From the IMG/VR virus record IMGVR_UViG_3300042566_001780, positions 62,001 through 126,000 of that record: a DNA stretch of 64,000 nucleotides; one strand, given 5' to 3'. This document shows, piece after piece, positions 10,131 to 20,225 of the stretch. Made by a program: the position numbers and the translations under genes. The notes under the pieces were generated by a model, which did not search any database, was not told the DNA's origin, and was given only the letters and a program-made list of their open reading frames with translations. Position 1 is the first letter of the stretch, and every line of letters begins with the position of its first letter.

Positions 10131-11405
10131 ATGCAATTAATGGAAAATTGGACCTCTACTAAAGAGGCTCTTTTAGAAGGTTTATCTGGCACCAAGCGCC
10201 AGGTTGTTGAAACCCTTATGGAAAACCAGCGTAAGCACTTGGTGGAAACCGCTGCTGCTACTGCTACTGGTGCCGGTGCTATCGGTGACTTCCAGAAGAT
10301 CGTGATCCCGATGATCCGTCGTATCATTCCTGGTACGATTGCTCAGGATCTGGTTGGTGTTCAGCCTATGTCTGGCCCTGTTGGTTTAGTGTATTCTATG
10401 CGCTTTGCCTTCAGCGAAGCTGCTGATGCCGGCGGCGCCGCTACTACCAATGACATCGCTGCTGGTGATGAAGTGTTTGCTAACAACAGCAAGATGAAGC
10501 GTTTCTACTCGACCGCTAACGTGGGTACGACCGGCTACCCGCCTGCTCTTACTGCTGCTACGACCGCTGGTACCGCTGCTGCTCTTGCTGACTACGAAGC
10601 TTTCGGTGGTAAGGCAATGCGTCTTGCTGTTCTTAAGCAGACCGTTAGCTCTGGTTCGCGTAAGCTCCAGGCTCGTTGGTCTATGGAAGCTGCGCAAGAT
10701 CTGACCTCGCAACACGGTCTTGACCTTGAGTCCGAGATCACCGCTGCTCTGTCGGCTCAGATCGCTCATGAAATCGACAACGAAATCCTGACCGACCTTC
10801 TGTCGCTTGCTGCTACCGTGGGTACGTATGACTTTACCGCTGCTCCTACCGGTTTTGCTCCTAACTACATCGGCGATCGTTTTGCTGAACTTGGCGTGTT
10901 AGTGAACAAGCTTGCTAACGAAATCGGTGCTAAGACCCGTCGTGGCCCTGGCAACTGGTTAGTTGGTTCGCACCTGATCACCTCGATCCTCCAGTCTGCT
11001 TCTAAGTCGGTGTTTGCACCTGCTGTGCAGGGTTCGTTCGACAGCCCAACTGGCAACAAGCTCGTTGGTACCATGAACGGCCAAATGAAGGTTTACTCCT
11101 ACAACTGGGGTCTTAACGATGCTTGGACTATTGCTGATTCTGCCACCAACGCTACTGGCGCTACTGGTGAAGACATCCTCATTGGTTACAAGGGTGGTGC
11201 TTCGGAACTTGATACTGGCTACTTCTACTGCCCGTATATACCGCTTATGTCCACCGGTGTGGTGATGGATGCTCAGACATTCACTCCTGCTGTCAGCTTG
11301 TCGACCCGTTATGGTAAGGCTACCTTTACCAATACCGGCACCTCGCTTGGTAACTCGGCAGATTACTATTCGCGTTTGAGAGTGCTTAACGTGGCATTCA
11401 GCTAA
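10131..11405 (+). CDS. major capsid protein, T4 gp23-like
   Basis: LVGVQPMSGPVG, SRKLQARWSMEAAQDL, GYFYCPYIPL, STRYG; strong codon bias. Confidence 0.97.
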   Translation: MQLMENWTSTKEALLEGLSGTKRQVVETLMENQRKHLVETAAATATGAGAIGDFQKIVIPMIRRIIPGTIAQDLVGVQPMSGPVGLVYSMRFAFSEAADAGGAATTNDIAAGDEVFANNSKMKRFYSTANVGTTGYPPALTAATTAGTAAALADYEAFGGKAMRLAVLKQTVSSGSRKLQARWSMEAAQDLTSQHGLDLESEITAALSAQIAHEIDNEILTDLLSLAATVGTYDFTAAPTGFAPNYIGDRFAELGVLVNKLANEIGAKTRRGPGNWLVGSHLITSILQSASKSVFAPAVQGSFDSPTGNKLVGTMNGQMKVYSYNWGLNDAWTIADSATNATGATGEDILIGYKGGASELDTGYFYCPYIPLMSTGVVMDAQTFTPAVSLSTRYGKATFTNTGTSLGNSADYYSRLRVLNVAFS

Positions 11406-11425
11406 TCTTTAAGATTATGCATTGA

Positions 11426-11452
11426 AAAAGGGGAGCTAATAGCTCCCCTTTT
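11426..11452. terminator. bidirectional terminator after major capsid gene
   Basis: AAAAGGGGAGCTA-A-TAGCTCCCCTTTT. Confidence 0.8.
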
Positions 11453-12983
11453 CTTTTTCTAATTCCTTAGCAAAATCTTTCACATGTTGGGGGCAATTTC
11501 TAATTTGCTTTGCAGCTATTACCCATCCTAATTTTGCTAGTCGTCTTGCTTCTTCTAGTGACACTAATTTCTTAATCCCATCTGGTGATTTCATCCCTAT
11601 TCTTCCAGTCGTGGTACCTCCCACAGGGAGAGTAGCACCTTCTGGAATTTCATCTACAAGTTTCTTTTTTCCATCAATCAAAATGACTTTTTTGCCTTTG
11701 TTCGATTTTTCTAAGTGAAATCCGATTTGATCTGTTTGCAAAATCTCATCAACTAGCATCCGCTTCCCATCTCTAAGTACCCATTTCTTCCCAGAAGTAG
11801 TTGAATCTTTTCTCCCAAGTCTAGACGGATTATTTGGGATTCCTCGCCGTTGCTGATTATTTTCATCAATCCACCATGTTTTGACTGGCATGAATGTCGG
11901 CAACCTGCCTTGTTTCCATCCACGTAATTGATAAAAGTCTAAAGCTTCTCTATCTATTGATAGTTCTTTAGTACCATTATTAATCCAATTATTCCCTTTA
12001 GTTGAATAATTCACATTTGGGGATTGACCTCCAATAGCTAAATTAAGACAATCATCATTTAGTAGTGTCTCTTTGCAAACTAATTCACTTTCATGTTGAA
12101 ATGCCAATTGTCGGCTTTCATGAAATTTAAGAATAGTTTTCACATGAACTTCTCTGCCGTACTTTTGAATTGAATTAATAATTCGATTTCCAGATCCAAG
12201 ATAACCATCATTTAGATCATCGGTGCTATGTACGCCATAGTAGAAACCACTATCAATAGTAGGTCTAGTGATTTTGTAAGTATAGTGAAATTGATAGTGT
12301 TTAATGTCTTTTTGTGAATCACTTATAACTAATTCCCACCTATCATGCCCAAAATCAAAAACTTTTGTCCACCCATGCTCAATCATGATTTGAGATTCAG
12401 TCTTAGCCAAATCAATTGGGCCTAATAATTTTTCTAACCTGTGCTTTTGGCATTGATGACGACTTAGAATTTGATCATCCTTCATCCAAAAATAGCCGGG
12501 TTTTGTAGCACCTAAATGGGTGAATCCGAGTTTTTCATAGACATTACCGTCTCCAATCTTCCGATCAGAATAAGTCAGCAATTTCCCATTAAGATCAGGA
12601 ATTGCAAATTTCAATAATTTGCTCGCACCACCAACAACAGCATGATTTTTTAATGAAGCTAAACGAATAATTTCAAAATTATGTTGCTGAGAAAATCTAC
12701 TTTTCCCAATAGTAAGAACCATGAATAGTTGACCACTTTTATCAACTAATCCATAGTGAAAAGATGCTGTAGCAAAACCATCTAAATGATTGTCATCCAA
12801 GAAGAATCTAGACGTTTTTGCATCGATGACTATTGCAGAAAGTTTTCTAGCGTAGATTCGCATAGATTGACCATTTTCATGATTGATCATAGACTCAATC
12901 AGAGCAGGATTATTATTTTGCTGGTGCGGCCAAATGTTTAGCTTTTCTTGTCTAGAGGGATTTTTGTAGTTTAGGAGGTTCAT
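11436..12983 (-). mobile_element. free-standing homing endonuclease: Hef-like/GNAT-like N-part fused to GIY-YIG and NUMOD-like repeats
   Basis: YARKL..FLDDNHLDG..EIIRLAS..GGASKLL..TYSDR; then YTYKIT..YYGVHS..YLGSG..LNLAIGG; WINNG-type repeats. Confidence 0.75.
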
Positions 12984-12988
12984 TGGAG

Positions 12989-12996
12989 CTAAATAG
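12989..12996 (+). promoter_or_regulatory. late promoter CTAAATAG
   Basis: Upstream of the 13025-19426 cluster. Confidence 0.6.
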
Positions 12997-13024
12997 AAAA
13001 TGCAATTTTCATTATAACATTTTC

Positions 13025-13561
13025 ATGAAACTTCTAAAACAACTACGAGAAAATCAATCACAATTTCTTCAAACTATAGATGAAATTGAGGAATGGTTAC
13101 ACACATATCGAATCAGAAATTACACTATCAATGATGATTTGACTGTAAACGTAGATGGTCCGGTCTATTTGGTCGGTAAATTTTTGTCTTCTTTTCCAAT
13201 CCAATTCGGAGAAGTAAAAGGATTTTTCTATTGTAATGCCAATAGATTAACTTCACTTGCTGGATCACCAAGACATGTTGGCGGTGATTTTTTCTGTGAC
13301 CTTAATCCATTAAAGACTTTAGCCGGATCGCCATTGACAGTTGATGGCAATTTTAGATGTACTGACACCTATTTAGAATCTCTTAAAGGAGCGCCAAGAG
13401 AAGTGAATGGGTATTTTAGATGCAGTCGAGGCCATTTGAAATCTCTAAAGGGTGCTCCAAGAGAAGTTACTGGCGACTTTGATTGTCGTTATAATCCTCA
13501 ATTAAAATCACTAGATGGAATTGGCAATGTTACTGGTCAAATTTATTCGGACATCAAATGA
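13025..13561 (+). CDS. LRR-like 22-aa repeat protein (probable internal head protein)
   Basis: LTSLAGSPRHVGGDFFCDLNPL repeats; leader MKLLKQLRE. Confidence 0.6.
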   Translation: MKLLKQLRENQSQFLQTIDEIEEWLHTYRIRNYTINDDLTVNVDGPVYLVGKFLSSFPIQFGEVKGFFYCNANRLTSLAGSPRHVGGDFFCDLNPLKTLAGSPLTVDGNFRCTDTYLESLKGAPREVNGYFRCSRGHLKSLKGAPREVTGDFDCRYNPQLKSLDGIGNVTGQIYSDIK

Positions 13562-14304
13562 AACTTCTAAAACAATTACTTGAAAATAGCATTTCAATTG
13601 AAGATTTTGAAAAAGAAATGCTAATTAAACAGATTCAATCTCTTGTTGAACAAAACATTATTCGCGGTAAATGGATTCTTAGGAAAGATAATACCTTAGA
13701 TGTTGAAGGTGATGTTATTTTCACATCATCATCTAATTTGACTAACATTCCAGTTAAATTTGGAAAAGTATCTGGCGACTTTTCACTATCTGGTAGTAAT
13801 TGGACATCATTGAAAAATTGCCCTAATGACGTGGGTGGCAGTTTTTCAGCTAGTGCAAGCCAAAAAATAACATCATTAGAAGGTGCTCCCGAATTTGTTA
13901 GTGGTAGCTTTAGCGTGGCATATTGTGCATTAAAAAATCTTGATCATTTTCCAAAGCGTGTAGGCGCCAGTATTCATGTGCAAAATAATATGTTGACTAG
14001 TCTAATAGGATTACCAAACGAGGTTGATGGTGATGTTGATGCATCATTTAACAATCTATCTGATTTAAGTGGAAGCCCACGAATAGTGTCTGGCGATTTT
14101 CATGTGCACTTTAATAGATTAGTGACGCTAAAAGGCGGACCTAAGGACGTTGGCGGAAGATTTTTTGTATCAAACAACAAATTAACTAATTTGAAATACG
14201 CCCCAAAGTTTGTTGGAGGCAATTTTGTAGCACTCCATAATCCTATTGAAGATGATTCACATTCTGGATTAGTTAACGGTGAATTGTTTCATGACAAAAA
14301 TTGA
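13558..14304 (+). CDS. LRR-like 22-aa repeat protein
   Basis: ITSLEGAPEFVSGSFSV repeats; leader MKLLKQLLE. Confidence 0.6.
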   Translation: MKLLKQLLENSISIEDFEKEMLIKQIQSLVEQNIIRGKWILRKDNTLDVEGDVIFTSSSNLTNIPVKFGKVSGDFSLSGSNWTSLKNCPNDVGGSFSASASQKITSLEGAPEFVSGSFSVAYCALKNLDHFPKRVGASIHVQNNMLTSLIGLPNEVDGDVDASFNNLSDLSGSPRIVSGDFHVHFNRLVTLKGGPKDVGGRFFVSNNKLTNLKYAPKFVGGNFVALHNPIEDDSHSGLVNGELFHDKN

Positions 14305-14315
14305 GGAGATTCATT

Positions 14316-14714
14316 ATGAAATTTAAAGAATTAAAAGTACCTGCATCTAAACCAAGAAATCCAACCGTACCTCATATGATGAAGCGCAAAGCTGGTGAAA
14401 TGGAAGACAAAAAGAAACTAGCAAAAGCCGGTTATGAAAAGCACAAAAATCAGGTTGATGAAGGCAAGAAGCCTAAGGGAGCTCCAGATTGGCATGATTC
14501 TGATGCACCTGATGCAGAAGGCCGATTTGTTAAACTTGGCATCAACGACTTGGCAGATTGGCTAATTAAAACCCGCAATAAAGATATGCGTAAGATTACC
14601 GGTGCTCTCAATCAACAAATTGTTTTCAATCGAAAGCAAGATCCTAATTATGCTGAGAAAATGGAAAAAGTCCGTGCAGCCATTAAAAGAAAATTGGGGA
14701 TTGAAGACAAATGA
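14316..14714 (+). CDS. basic hypothetical protein, probable head-packaged
   Basis: GAGGAG RBS; KPRNP..KAG..KHK motif seen in phage virion proteins. Confidence 0.5.
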   Translation: MKFKELKVPASKPRNPTVPHMMKRKAGEMEDKKKLAKAGYEKHKNQVDEGKKPKGAPDWHDSDAPDAEGRFVKLGINDLADWLIKTRNKDMRKITGALNQQIVFNRKQDPNYAEKMEKVRAAIKRKLGIEDK

Positions 14715-14852
14715 AACTAATAGATCTCACAAAGGTCAAGCAGGTTCACAAAGGAACTGTAGCTGCTGACAAGCAACCAGAATTAGACTTAGGAGTTCTT
14801 GGTATCAAAATTGGCCAAGAACAATCAACTGGACTTACATCAAGGGTAGAAC

Positions 14853-15497
14853 ATGCCAGTAGCCGCATTAAAAAGCTTAGCAAAAAAGGCTAAAGTTAGT
14901 CAAGAGAAAGCAGAGAAAGCATGGGACAAGGCATCTGCGATTGTTGACAAAGAATATCCCAAAGGCATTGACTATTATTATGCATTAGTGATGGGCATTA
15001 CAAAGAAAATGCTTGGGTTAAAAGAAGATTTAGAGCTAATTGATTTTCTGATTCTGACTGAAGTCAATAAGTCTTATTTCAAAGGTCTAAATAGAGAAGA
15101 GAAGAAAAAGATGAAGGCTGAAATAGAGCGTTTCAGCAAAATGGATTCTTCAGACCCAAGAGCTTATCCCGATGATTGGACTGCAGATAAATCATATCGT
15201 GATCGAGTAAAGAAGCTTCCTAAATCCCGTCACACAAAGAAGTACCATAAGCAATTTGAAGAACTTGTTGAAAGTGAAAGTAAGATTGACCTTACATTAA
15301 AAAACAAAGCTAAGAAATCAGGAATTAGCTTTTCAATTTTGAAGAATGTGTGGAGACGTGGAATGGCTGCATGGCGAACAGGCCATCGCCCTGGGGTAAG
15401 TCAGCATCAATGGGCCATGGCTAGAGTCAACAGTTTTATAACTGGCGGTCCTGCTAGAAAAGCCGATTCAGATCTTTGGGAAAAACACAAATCATGA
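14853..15497 (+). CDS. multi-module protein with C-terminal DUF5824-like domain
   Basis: LKNVWRRGMAAWRTGHRPGVSQHQWAMARVNSF. Confidence 0.6.
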   Translation: MPVAALKSLAKKAKVSQEKAEKAWDKASAIVDKEYPKGIDYYYALVMGITKKMLGLKEDLELIDFLILTEVNKSYFKGLNREEKKKMKAEIERFSKMDSSDPRAYPDDWTADKSYRDRVKKLPKSRHTKKYHKQFEELVESESKIDLTLKNKAKKSGISFSILKNVWRRGMAAWRTGHRPGVSQHQWAMARVNSFITGGPARKADSDLWEKHKS

Positions 15498-16549
15498 AAC
15501 TAAAACAATTATTTGAAAATAGCAATTCTCAATTTCTTCAAACAAGAGAAGAAATTGAGGAATGGTTAAATCTCTATAACATTAGAAACTACACTATTAG
15601 AGATGATCTTACCGTGGATGTGGATGGTGAAGTTGATATTAGCCGCGAAAAACTAAAATTCTTCCCAGTTAGATTCGGGTATGTTGACGGCTCTTTCATG
15701 TGCGGCATCAATGAATTGACTTCTTTAAAGGGTGCACCAAGAGAAGTAAATGGGCAATTTTGGTGTGGGATGAATCCATTAACATCATTAGTTGGTGGAC
15801 CTAAAGAAGTTAGTGAAAGCTTTGATTGCAGCGGTTGCAACTTAAAAACCCTTGAAGGCGCTCCAAAAAATGTGTACGGAAACTTTGACTGCAGTTCAAA
15901 TCAATTAATTTCTCTTAAGGGTTCACCAAAAGAGATTCACGGTGATTTCTTTTGTTATTCAAATGCTTTGACCAATCTTGAAGGCGGTCCTACTGAAGTT
16001 TCTAATGATTTTGCATGCTTTGCTAATCAATTGACTTCATTAAAGGGCGCACCACAAAAAATAGGTGGTACGTTTGAATGTGCTGGTAATCCTAGATTGA
16101 AATCCCTTGATGGTTTAGGAGAAGTAGGTGGTCGAATCTATTCGGATCTTGATCCAATTAATGAATCAAAAGATGAAGATCGAAAGAAAGAAATCTACTC
16201 ACGTTGGAAAAAGTTGATAAATATGTCAGCAGCTGAAGTTGAGAACTTCAAATCAAAGCAATTAGAGTTAGCCAAAAAATCAGACAAGCTTTATCCTGGG
16301 CTCAAACCCAAAGAAGCTCGGAAAATAGGAATTTCTTCGGGTGTCCAATCTGCTGAATGGATTATCAAAATGAAGAATACTTCTGTTAAGGATTGGACAC
16401 CTGAAATGTGGAAATGGGCAAGTAAGCAAATTTCTTTTGTTTCAAGAATGTCCGGCAATAAAGGCCCACTTTATGATGATAAAGGCAATCCTACTCGAAA
16501 ATTGTTGAGTCTTAAAATTTGGGGTCATAATCCCAGTAAAGGAAAATGA
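15494..16549 (+). CDS. LRR-like repeat protein fused to DUF3140-like domain
   Basis: About seven LTSLxGxP repeats; C-terminal INMS..SLKIWGHNP. Confidence 0.6.
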   Translation: MKLKQLFENSNSQFLQTREEIEEWLNLYNIRNYTIRDDLTVDVDGEVDISREKLKFFPVRFGYVDGSFMCGINELTSLKGAPREVNGQFWCGMNPLTSLVGGPKEVSESFDCSGCNLKTLEGAPKNVYGNFDCSSNQLISLKGSPKEIHGDFFCYSNALTNLEGGPTEVSNDFACFANQLTSLKGAPQKIGGTFECAGNPRLKSLDGLGEVGGRIYSDLDPINESKDEDRKKEIYSRWKKLINMSAAEVENFKSKQLELAKKSDKLYPGLKPKEARKIGISSGVQSAEWIIKMKNTSVKDWTPEMWKWASKQISFVSRMSGNKGPLYDDKGNPTRKLLSLKIWGHNPSKGK

Positions 16550-16920
16550 AAATGAATGAACAAATGATCTTTATGGCAATGCTTGCAAATATGCTTCGTG
16601 CTCGCAATGTAGCACAAGAATTACATTGGAAAACCAAATCGCTGTCAAAGCATTTGGCATTAGGCGATCTTTATGATGGCATTGACGGTTTAGTTGATGG
16701 ATTAGCCGAAATCTATATGGGCACCTATGGTGATCTTGGTGAATTAACTGCAGATGTAGAATTTGACAAAGAAGATACATTAGTATTCATTTCTCAACTG
16801 GCTGATCAATTGGCTGCTTATCATGATACAATCCCGCAAGACGGATTTATTGTGAACAAGTTTGAAGAACTACAGGAATTGATTGCCACTATCAAGTACA
16901 AGCTGGAGAAATTGGCATGA
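16546..16920 (+). CDS. ferritin/Dps-like four-helix protein (DUF5856-like)
   Basis: LHWKT..HLALGDLYD..DGLAEIYMG. Confidence 0.65.
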   Translation: MKMNEQMIFMAMLANMLRARNVAQELHWKTKSLSKHLALGDLYDGIDGLVDGLAEIYMGTYGDLGELTADVEFDKEDTLVFISQLADQLAAYHDTIPQDGFIVNKFEELQELIATIKYKLEKLA

Positions 16921-17567
16921 AAGAAACTGCAGCTTCTTTTTGGGCTAAAGCTGAAATTGATTTTGACAAACTTGATGATATGCCCAAAAAGCCATATACT
17001 CCAGAAGATATTATGGCTGCGTTAAAGATTCTTAATAAGATGGTTCATCTGCAGGCGCATGCTTATGGCGGTAAAGAATCAAAGCTTTTACCGGTTGGTA
17101 TTGCGGAAGGTTCTTTATTGAAGCAGGTTTCTTTAATTTCTGAAGCATTCACTAGCAAGTTTAATCCTATATCATTACGTGCTAATAATAGCACGTATAA
17201 AGCAGTTGCTCATATTGGTGATCGCGATATTATCTTCCGTGGAGCTGAAGAACTTCCTGGAGAATGGGGTGTTGTGTTTTCAGAGAAGCGTCCTAAAACC
17301 GGTGAAACCTTCAGGATTACTGGATCGGGTAACCAAATGCAGGTAATGGCATTTGCAATTTCGTCAATTAAAGATATTGTCGCGCGATATGCCCCATCTA
17401 AAATCAACTTTACTGCGGAAGAAGAGGAAGATTCTGAAAAGAAATCTCGAGCAAAATTGTATACGACTATGGTAAACAAGTTAGAATTGCCAGGTTATAA
17501 AGCTAAAATAACTCAGCATGAGAAATCTGTTGAATTTGATCTAATTAGACAAAATGAACAATCCTGA
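16917..17567 (+). CDS. hypothetical protein
   Basis: Coupled ORF; FRITGSG..SRAKLY motif seen in T4-like virion ORFs. Confidence 0.5.
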   Translation: MKETAASFWAKAEIDFDKLDDMPKKPYTPEDIMAALKILNKMVHLQAHAYGGKESKLLPVGIAEGSLLKQVSLISEAFTSKFNPISLRANNSTYKAVAHIGDRDIIFRGAEELPGEWGVVFSEKRPKTGETFRITGSGNQMQVMAFAISSIKDIVARYAPSKINFTAEEEEDSEKKSRAKLYTTMVNKLELPGYKAKITQHEKSVEFDLIRQNEQS

Positions 17568-18408
17568 TCTTATTGAAGCGGTGAAGTGGTTCAAAAATCA
17601 CTTCATTCATATTGATGCTAATCTTGTTACCATTAAGAATGGTAAGGTTAATGTTGCCCACAGCCTCGAAATTGGTGCACGCGGAATGGTTATGGACACT
17701 GTGAGTAAGCCACCATTCAAATTAGGGAAAGTTGAAGGTTCTTTTGCAATTGCTTCATACGAGTTTGAAGACCTCAAATCACTAATACCAGAAGAAATCA
17801 ATGGTCCGTTTAGCATTATCAGCCCAAGACTATCTCTAGATAATTTAGAAGGTTGTATTCCTAAGGGATGTACGTCTATCATTTTAAGATTTGCTCAGAT
17901 TGGAAATCTAAAAGGATGCCCAGATGAGTTGCGTGATAATTTTTCGATCTTCAAAACAATCATTGGGTCACTTGAAGGGTGTCCGCAATATGTCGACAAT
18001 TTCATCATTGATCATTGCATGTTAGACACTTTAGAAGGTTCTCCTAGAGAAGTTGGTTCTACGCTTCATGTTCAAAGCTCAAGATTGAAATCACTAAAAG
18101 GTTCCCCACGTGAAGTTGGCGGAGACTTTGACGTTAGGAGCAATGAATTAGTTGATCTTCGTGGAATGACGCGAAGAATTGGTGGAAGCATTTTGTGCAC
18201 CACTAACAACTTAAAAACTCTTGAAGGCGCCCCTAAGAAGGTTTATGGCAATTTCAATTGTATGAATAACCAATTGGAAAATTTAATTGGCGCGCCAGAA
18301 TATGTTGAGCGTGATTTCATGGCAATGTCTAATCCATGGATGAAATCTCATGAAGGCGCTCCTAGAGATGTTGGCGGAAGATTGCTTCTCCCAACCATCC
18401 AATTATGA
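17554..18408 (+). CDS. LRR-like 22-aa repeat protein
   Basis: LKSLKGSPREVGGDFDVRSNEL repeats. Confidence 0.6.
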   Translation: MNNPDLIEAVKWFKNHFIHIDANLVTIKNGKVNVAHSLEIGARGMVMDTVSKPPFKLGKVEGSFAIASYEFEDLKSLIPEEINGPFSIISPRLSLDNLEGCIPKGCTSIILRFAQIGNLKGCPDELRDNFSIFKTIIGSLEGCPQYVDNFIIDHCMLDTLEGSPREVGSTLHVQSSRLKSLKGSPREVGGDFDVRSNELVDLRGMTRRIGGSILCTTNNLKTLEGAPKKVYGNFNCMNNQLENLIGAPEYVERDFMAMSNPWMKSHEGAPRDVGGRLLLPTIQL

Positions 18409-18983
18409 ACCCAACCATTGTCTACATTCCAGGATTCAATTCTACCACGGTAGCATTTTCGCACATTCGCGAAATGTTGCCTAGTCACAACATCATCTTG
18501 GCCAATTATGATACGCATCAGTCATTGAGAAAATCAATAGAAGCAGTCTCGGCATTAATTCCCAAAAAGACACCAGTTCATATAGTGTCTCATTCTCTCG
18601 GCGGAATTATTGCCTGTCATGTTGCTGCAGCAAATCAACATCAAATCCATAAGATCGTGTCAATAAGTACGCCTTTTGGCGGTTCAAAGGCTGCTTGGAT
18701 TATGAGGTGGATAATGCGTAGCCCAGTTATGGGTGACATTACTCCTGATTCTATTCATATTAGAACATTGAATCAGTTAGAATTGCCACCAGTGAAAAGC
18801 ATCATTTCCACAAATGGTTCTATCCCGATGGGATTCGAAAAGAATGATTCAGTCGTGACATTGAATTCACAACTTCATTTACAAAATAATGAGCGCTTTC
18901 TAGTGAAGGCAAATCATTTCGAAGTTTTGCAACATCCAAAAACCATCAAAATTATTCACGATCAAATTTGGGGCAAACTATGA
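18405..18983 (+). CDS. alpha/beta hydrolase (lipase/esterase-like)
   Basis: IPGFNS, SHSLGG nucleophile elbow, STPFGGS, ND..V, NH. Confidence 0.8.
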   Translation: MNPTIVYIPGFNSTTVAFSHIREMLPSHNIILANYDTHQSLRKSIEAVSALIPKKTPVHIVSHSLGGIIACHVAAANQHQIHKIVSISTPFGGSKAAWIMRWIMRSPVMGDITPDSIHIRTLNQLELPPVKSIISTNGSIPMGFEKNDSVVTLNSQLHLQNNERFLVKANHFEVLQHPKTIKIIHDQIWGKL

Positions 18984-19426
18984 GACTCTTCTTCATACCA
19001 TTTCCAGTCATTATGATCTTCACTAACAGATTTCTGTCTAATTGGATGGGAGCTCTTAGTTTTGGGCCGTTCATTCTAATGAGACCAAAGTACGAATCAG
19101 ATCGTGGATTGCACGTCCACGAACTTGAACACTCTAAGCACTGGTGGGCAACATTTCTAATAGGATTAGCTGCCTATTTGCTCACAAACCGAATCATCTT
19201 CCTATCACTTGGAATAGGAGCATATGGAATAGCCTACAAACTATCCAAGAAGTTTAGGCTCCTGGTTGAAGCCCACTGCTATCGTGAACAGATAGCACAT
19301 TACCCACCTGAGCGCAATGTCATGTGGGCAGCAAAACATCTAGCATCTAACTATAGCCTCGGAATCACCCAGGATGACGCCAGAGGAATCCTTAACATAG
19401 ATGCTGATGGGTACTACAGGCCTTAG
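18980..19426 (+). CDS. membrane protein with HExxH motif
   Basis: HELEH, hydrophobic segments, downstream EAH. Confidence 0.5.
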   Translation: MRLFFIPFPVIMIFTNRFLSNWMGALSFGPFILMRPKYESDRGLHVHELEHSKHWWATFLIGLAAYLLTNRIIFLSLGIGAYGIAYKLSKKFRLLVEAHCYREQIAHYPPERNVMWAAKHLASNYSLGITQDDARGILNIDADGYYRP

Positions 19427-19746
19427 AATGGGATGTCGTCGTCCCATTCTGGAGGCAATGCCTTAGGCTCTGGTCCAACATAAGACGGATCATAGAAATT
19501 GTTAATGACGTCTTGATAATGCCCACGAAGACGTCGTTGATCATCTAAAAGAATGTTGATCTTTCCAATACACGAAAAATCGCCATCTGGCGGACCATAT
19601 ACAGTAATGCGACCATCACTGTACTTTCCATCCCAACAACCATTCACTACCCAAAAATCAAATTCCAATTTGCCATCATCAGTGAAATGCATTCCTTTGC
19701 ACTCTACCAATAATGATGGCTCATCATACCCCAAAATCAATCTCAT
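19423..19746 (-). CDS. hypothetical protein
   Basis: FWVVNGCWDG motif, DDDIPF C-terminus. Confidence 0.6.
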   Translation of the reverse strand: MRLILGYDEPSLLVECKGMHFTDDGKLEFDFWVVNGCWDGKYSDGRITVYGPPDGDFSCIGKINILLDDQRRLRGHYQDVINNFYDPSYVGPEPKALPPEWDDDIPF

Positions 19747-19997
19747 TGGTCAATCCCAAAATGTTGCTTGATGAGCTCTGCGCTACTCACTGAACCATTG
19801 TTGAAATGATCTGCGCCAGAAAATTGGTTCTTCATACAAATGTCAACACATTTTTGAATTAACAACTTTGAGTAGATCTCAAGTTCACGTGTATAGTCAC
19901 AAGACCAATCAATTGGAGTCCAAGGATCTTCATCTGGTTCAAATCGAACAAATCCTGCTTCTTGAGCAAGATCTTTCAAAACAGTTTTCATTTTCAC
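19743..19997 (-). CDS. three-helix paralog family member (outlier copy)
   Basis: LKDLA..YSKLLIQKC..IKQHFGID. Confidence 0.65.
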   Translation of the reverse strand: MKMKTVLKDLAQEAGFVRFEPDEDPWTPIDWSCDYTRELEIYSKLLIQKCVDICMKNQFSGADHFNNGSVSSAELIKQHFGIDQ

Positions 19998-20225
19998 TCC
20001 TCAATAACAGTGACTGTTTTGCGTGTCTTTCCGGATTGTTGATTGACAGATACGGAACTATTCGGGCATCGAATGACAATTAGACTGGAACCATTTGAAT
20101 CTCGCAGAGTGTAAGCTTTACAATCTTGGAGACCTTCGGGCCAAACTAGGTCAACTTTGGGTTTAGCCGAAGGGGGTGCATGCTACTAGCAAAGTAGCGA
20201 CTGTCAAAATTAAAAGAGTTTTCAT
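19994..20225 (-). pseudogene. lipoprotein gene with +1 frameshift in C5 run
   Basis: MKTLLILTVATLLVAC lipobox; removing one base from 20172-20176 gives a 76-aa ORF (..LQDCKAY..IRCPNS..) coupled to both neighbours. Confidence 0.7.

Noticed and set aside
20040-20210. Apparent multi-stem structured ncRNA (CCTTCGG/CCGAAGG, GCTACT/AGTAGC)
   Set aside because: Region is explained by a frameshifted minus-strand lipoprotein gene coupled to both neighbours
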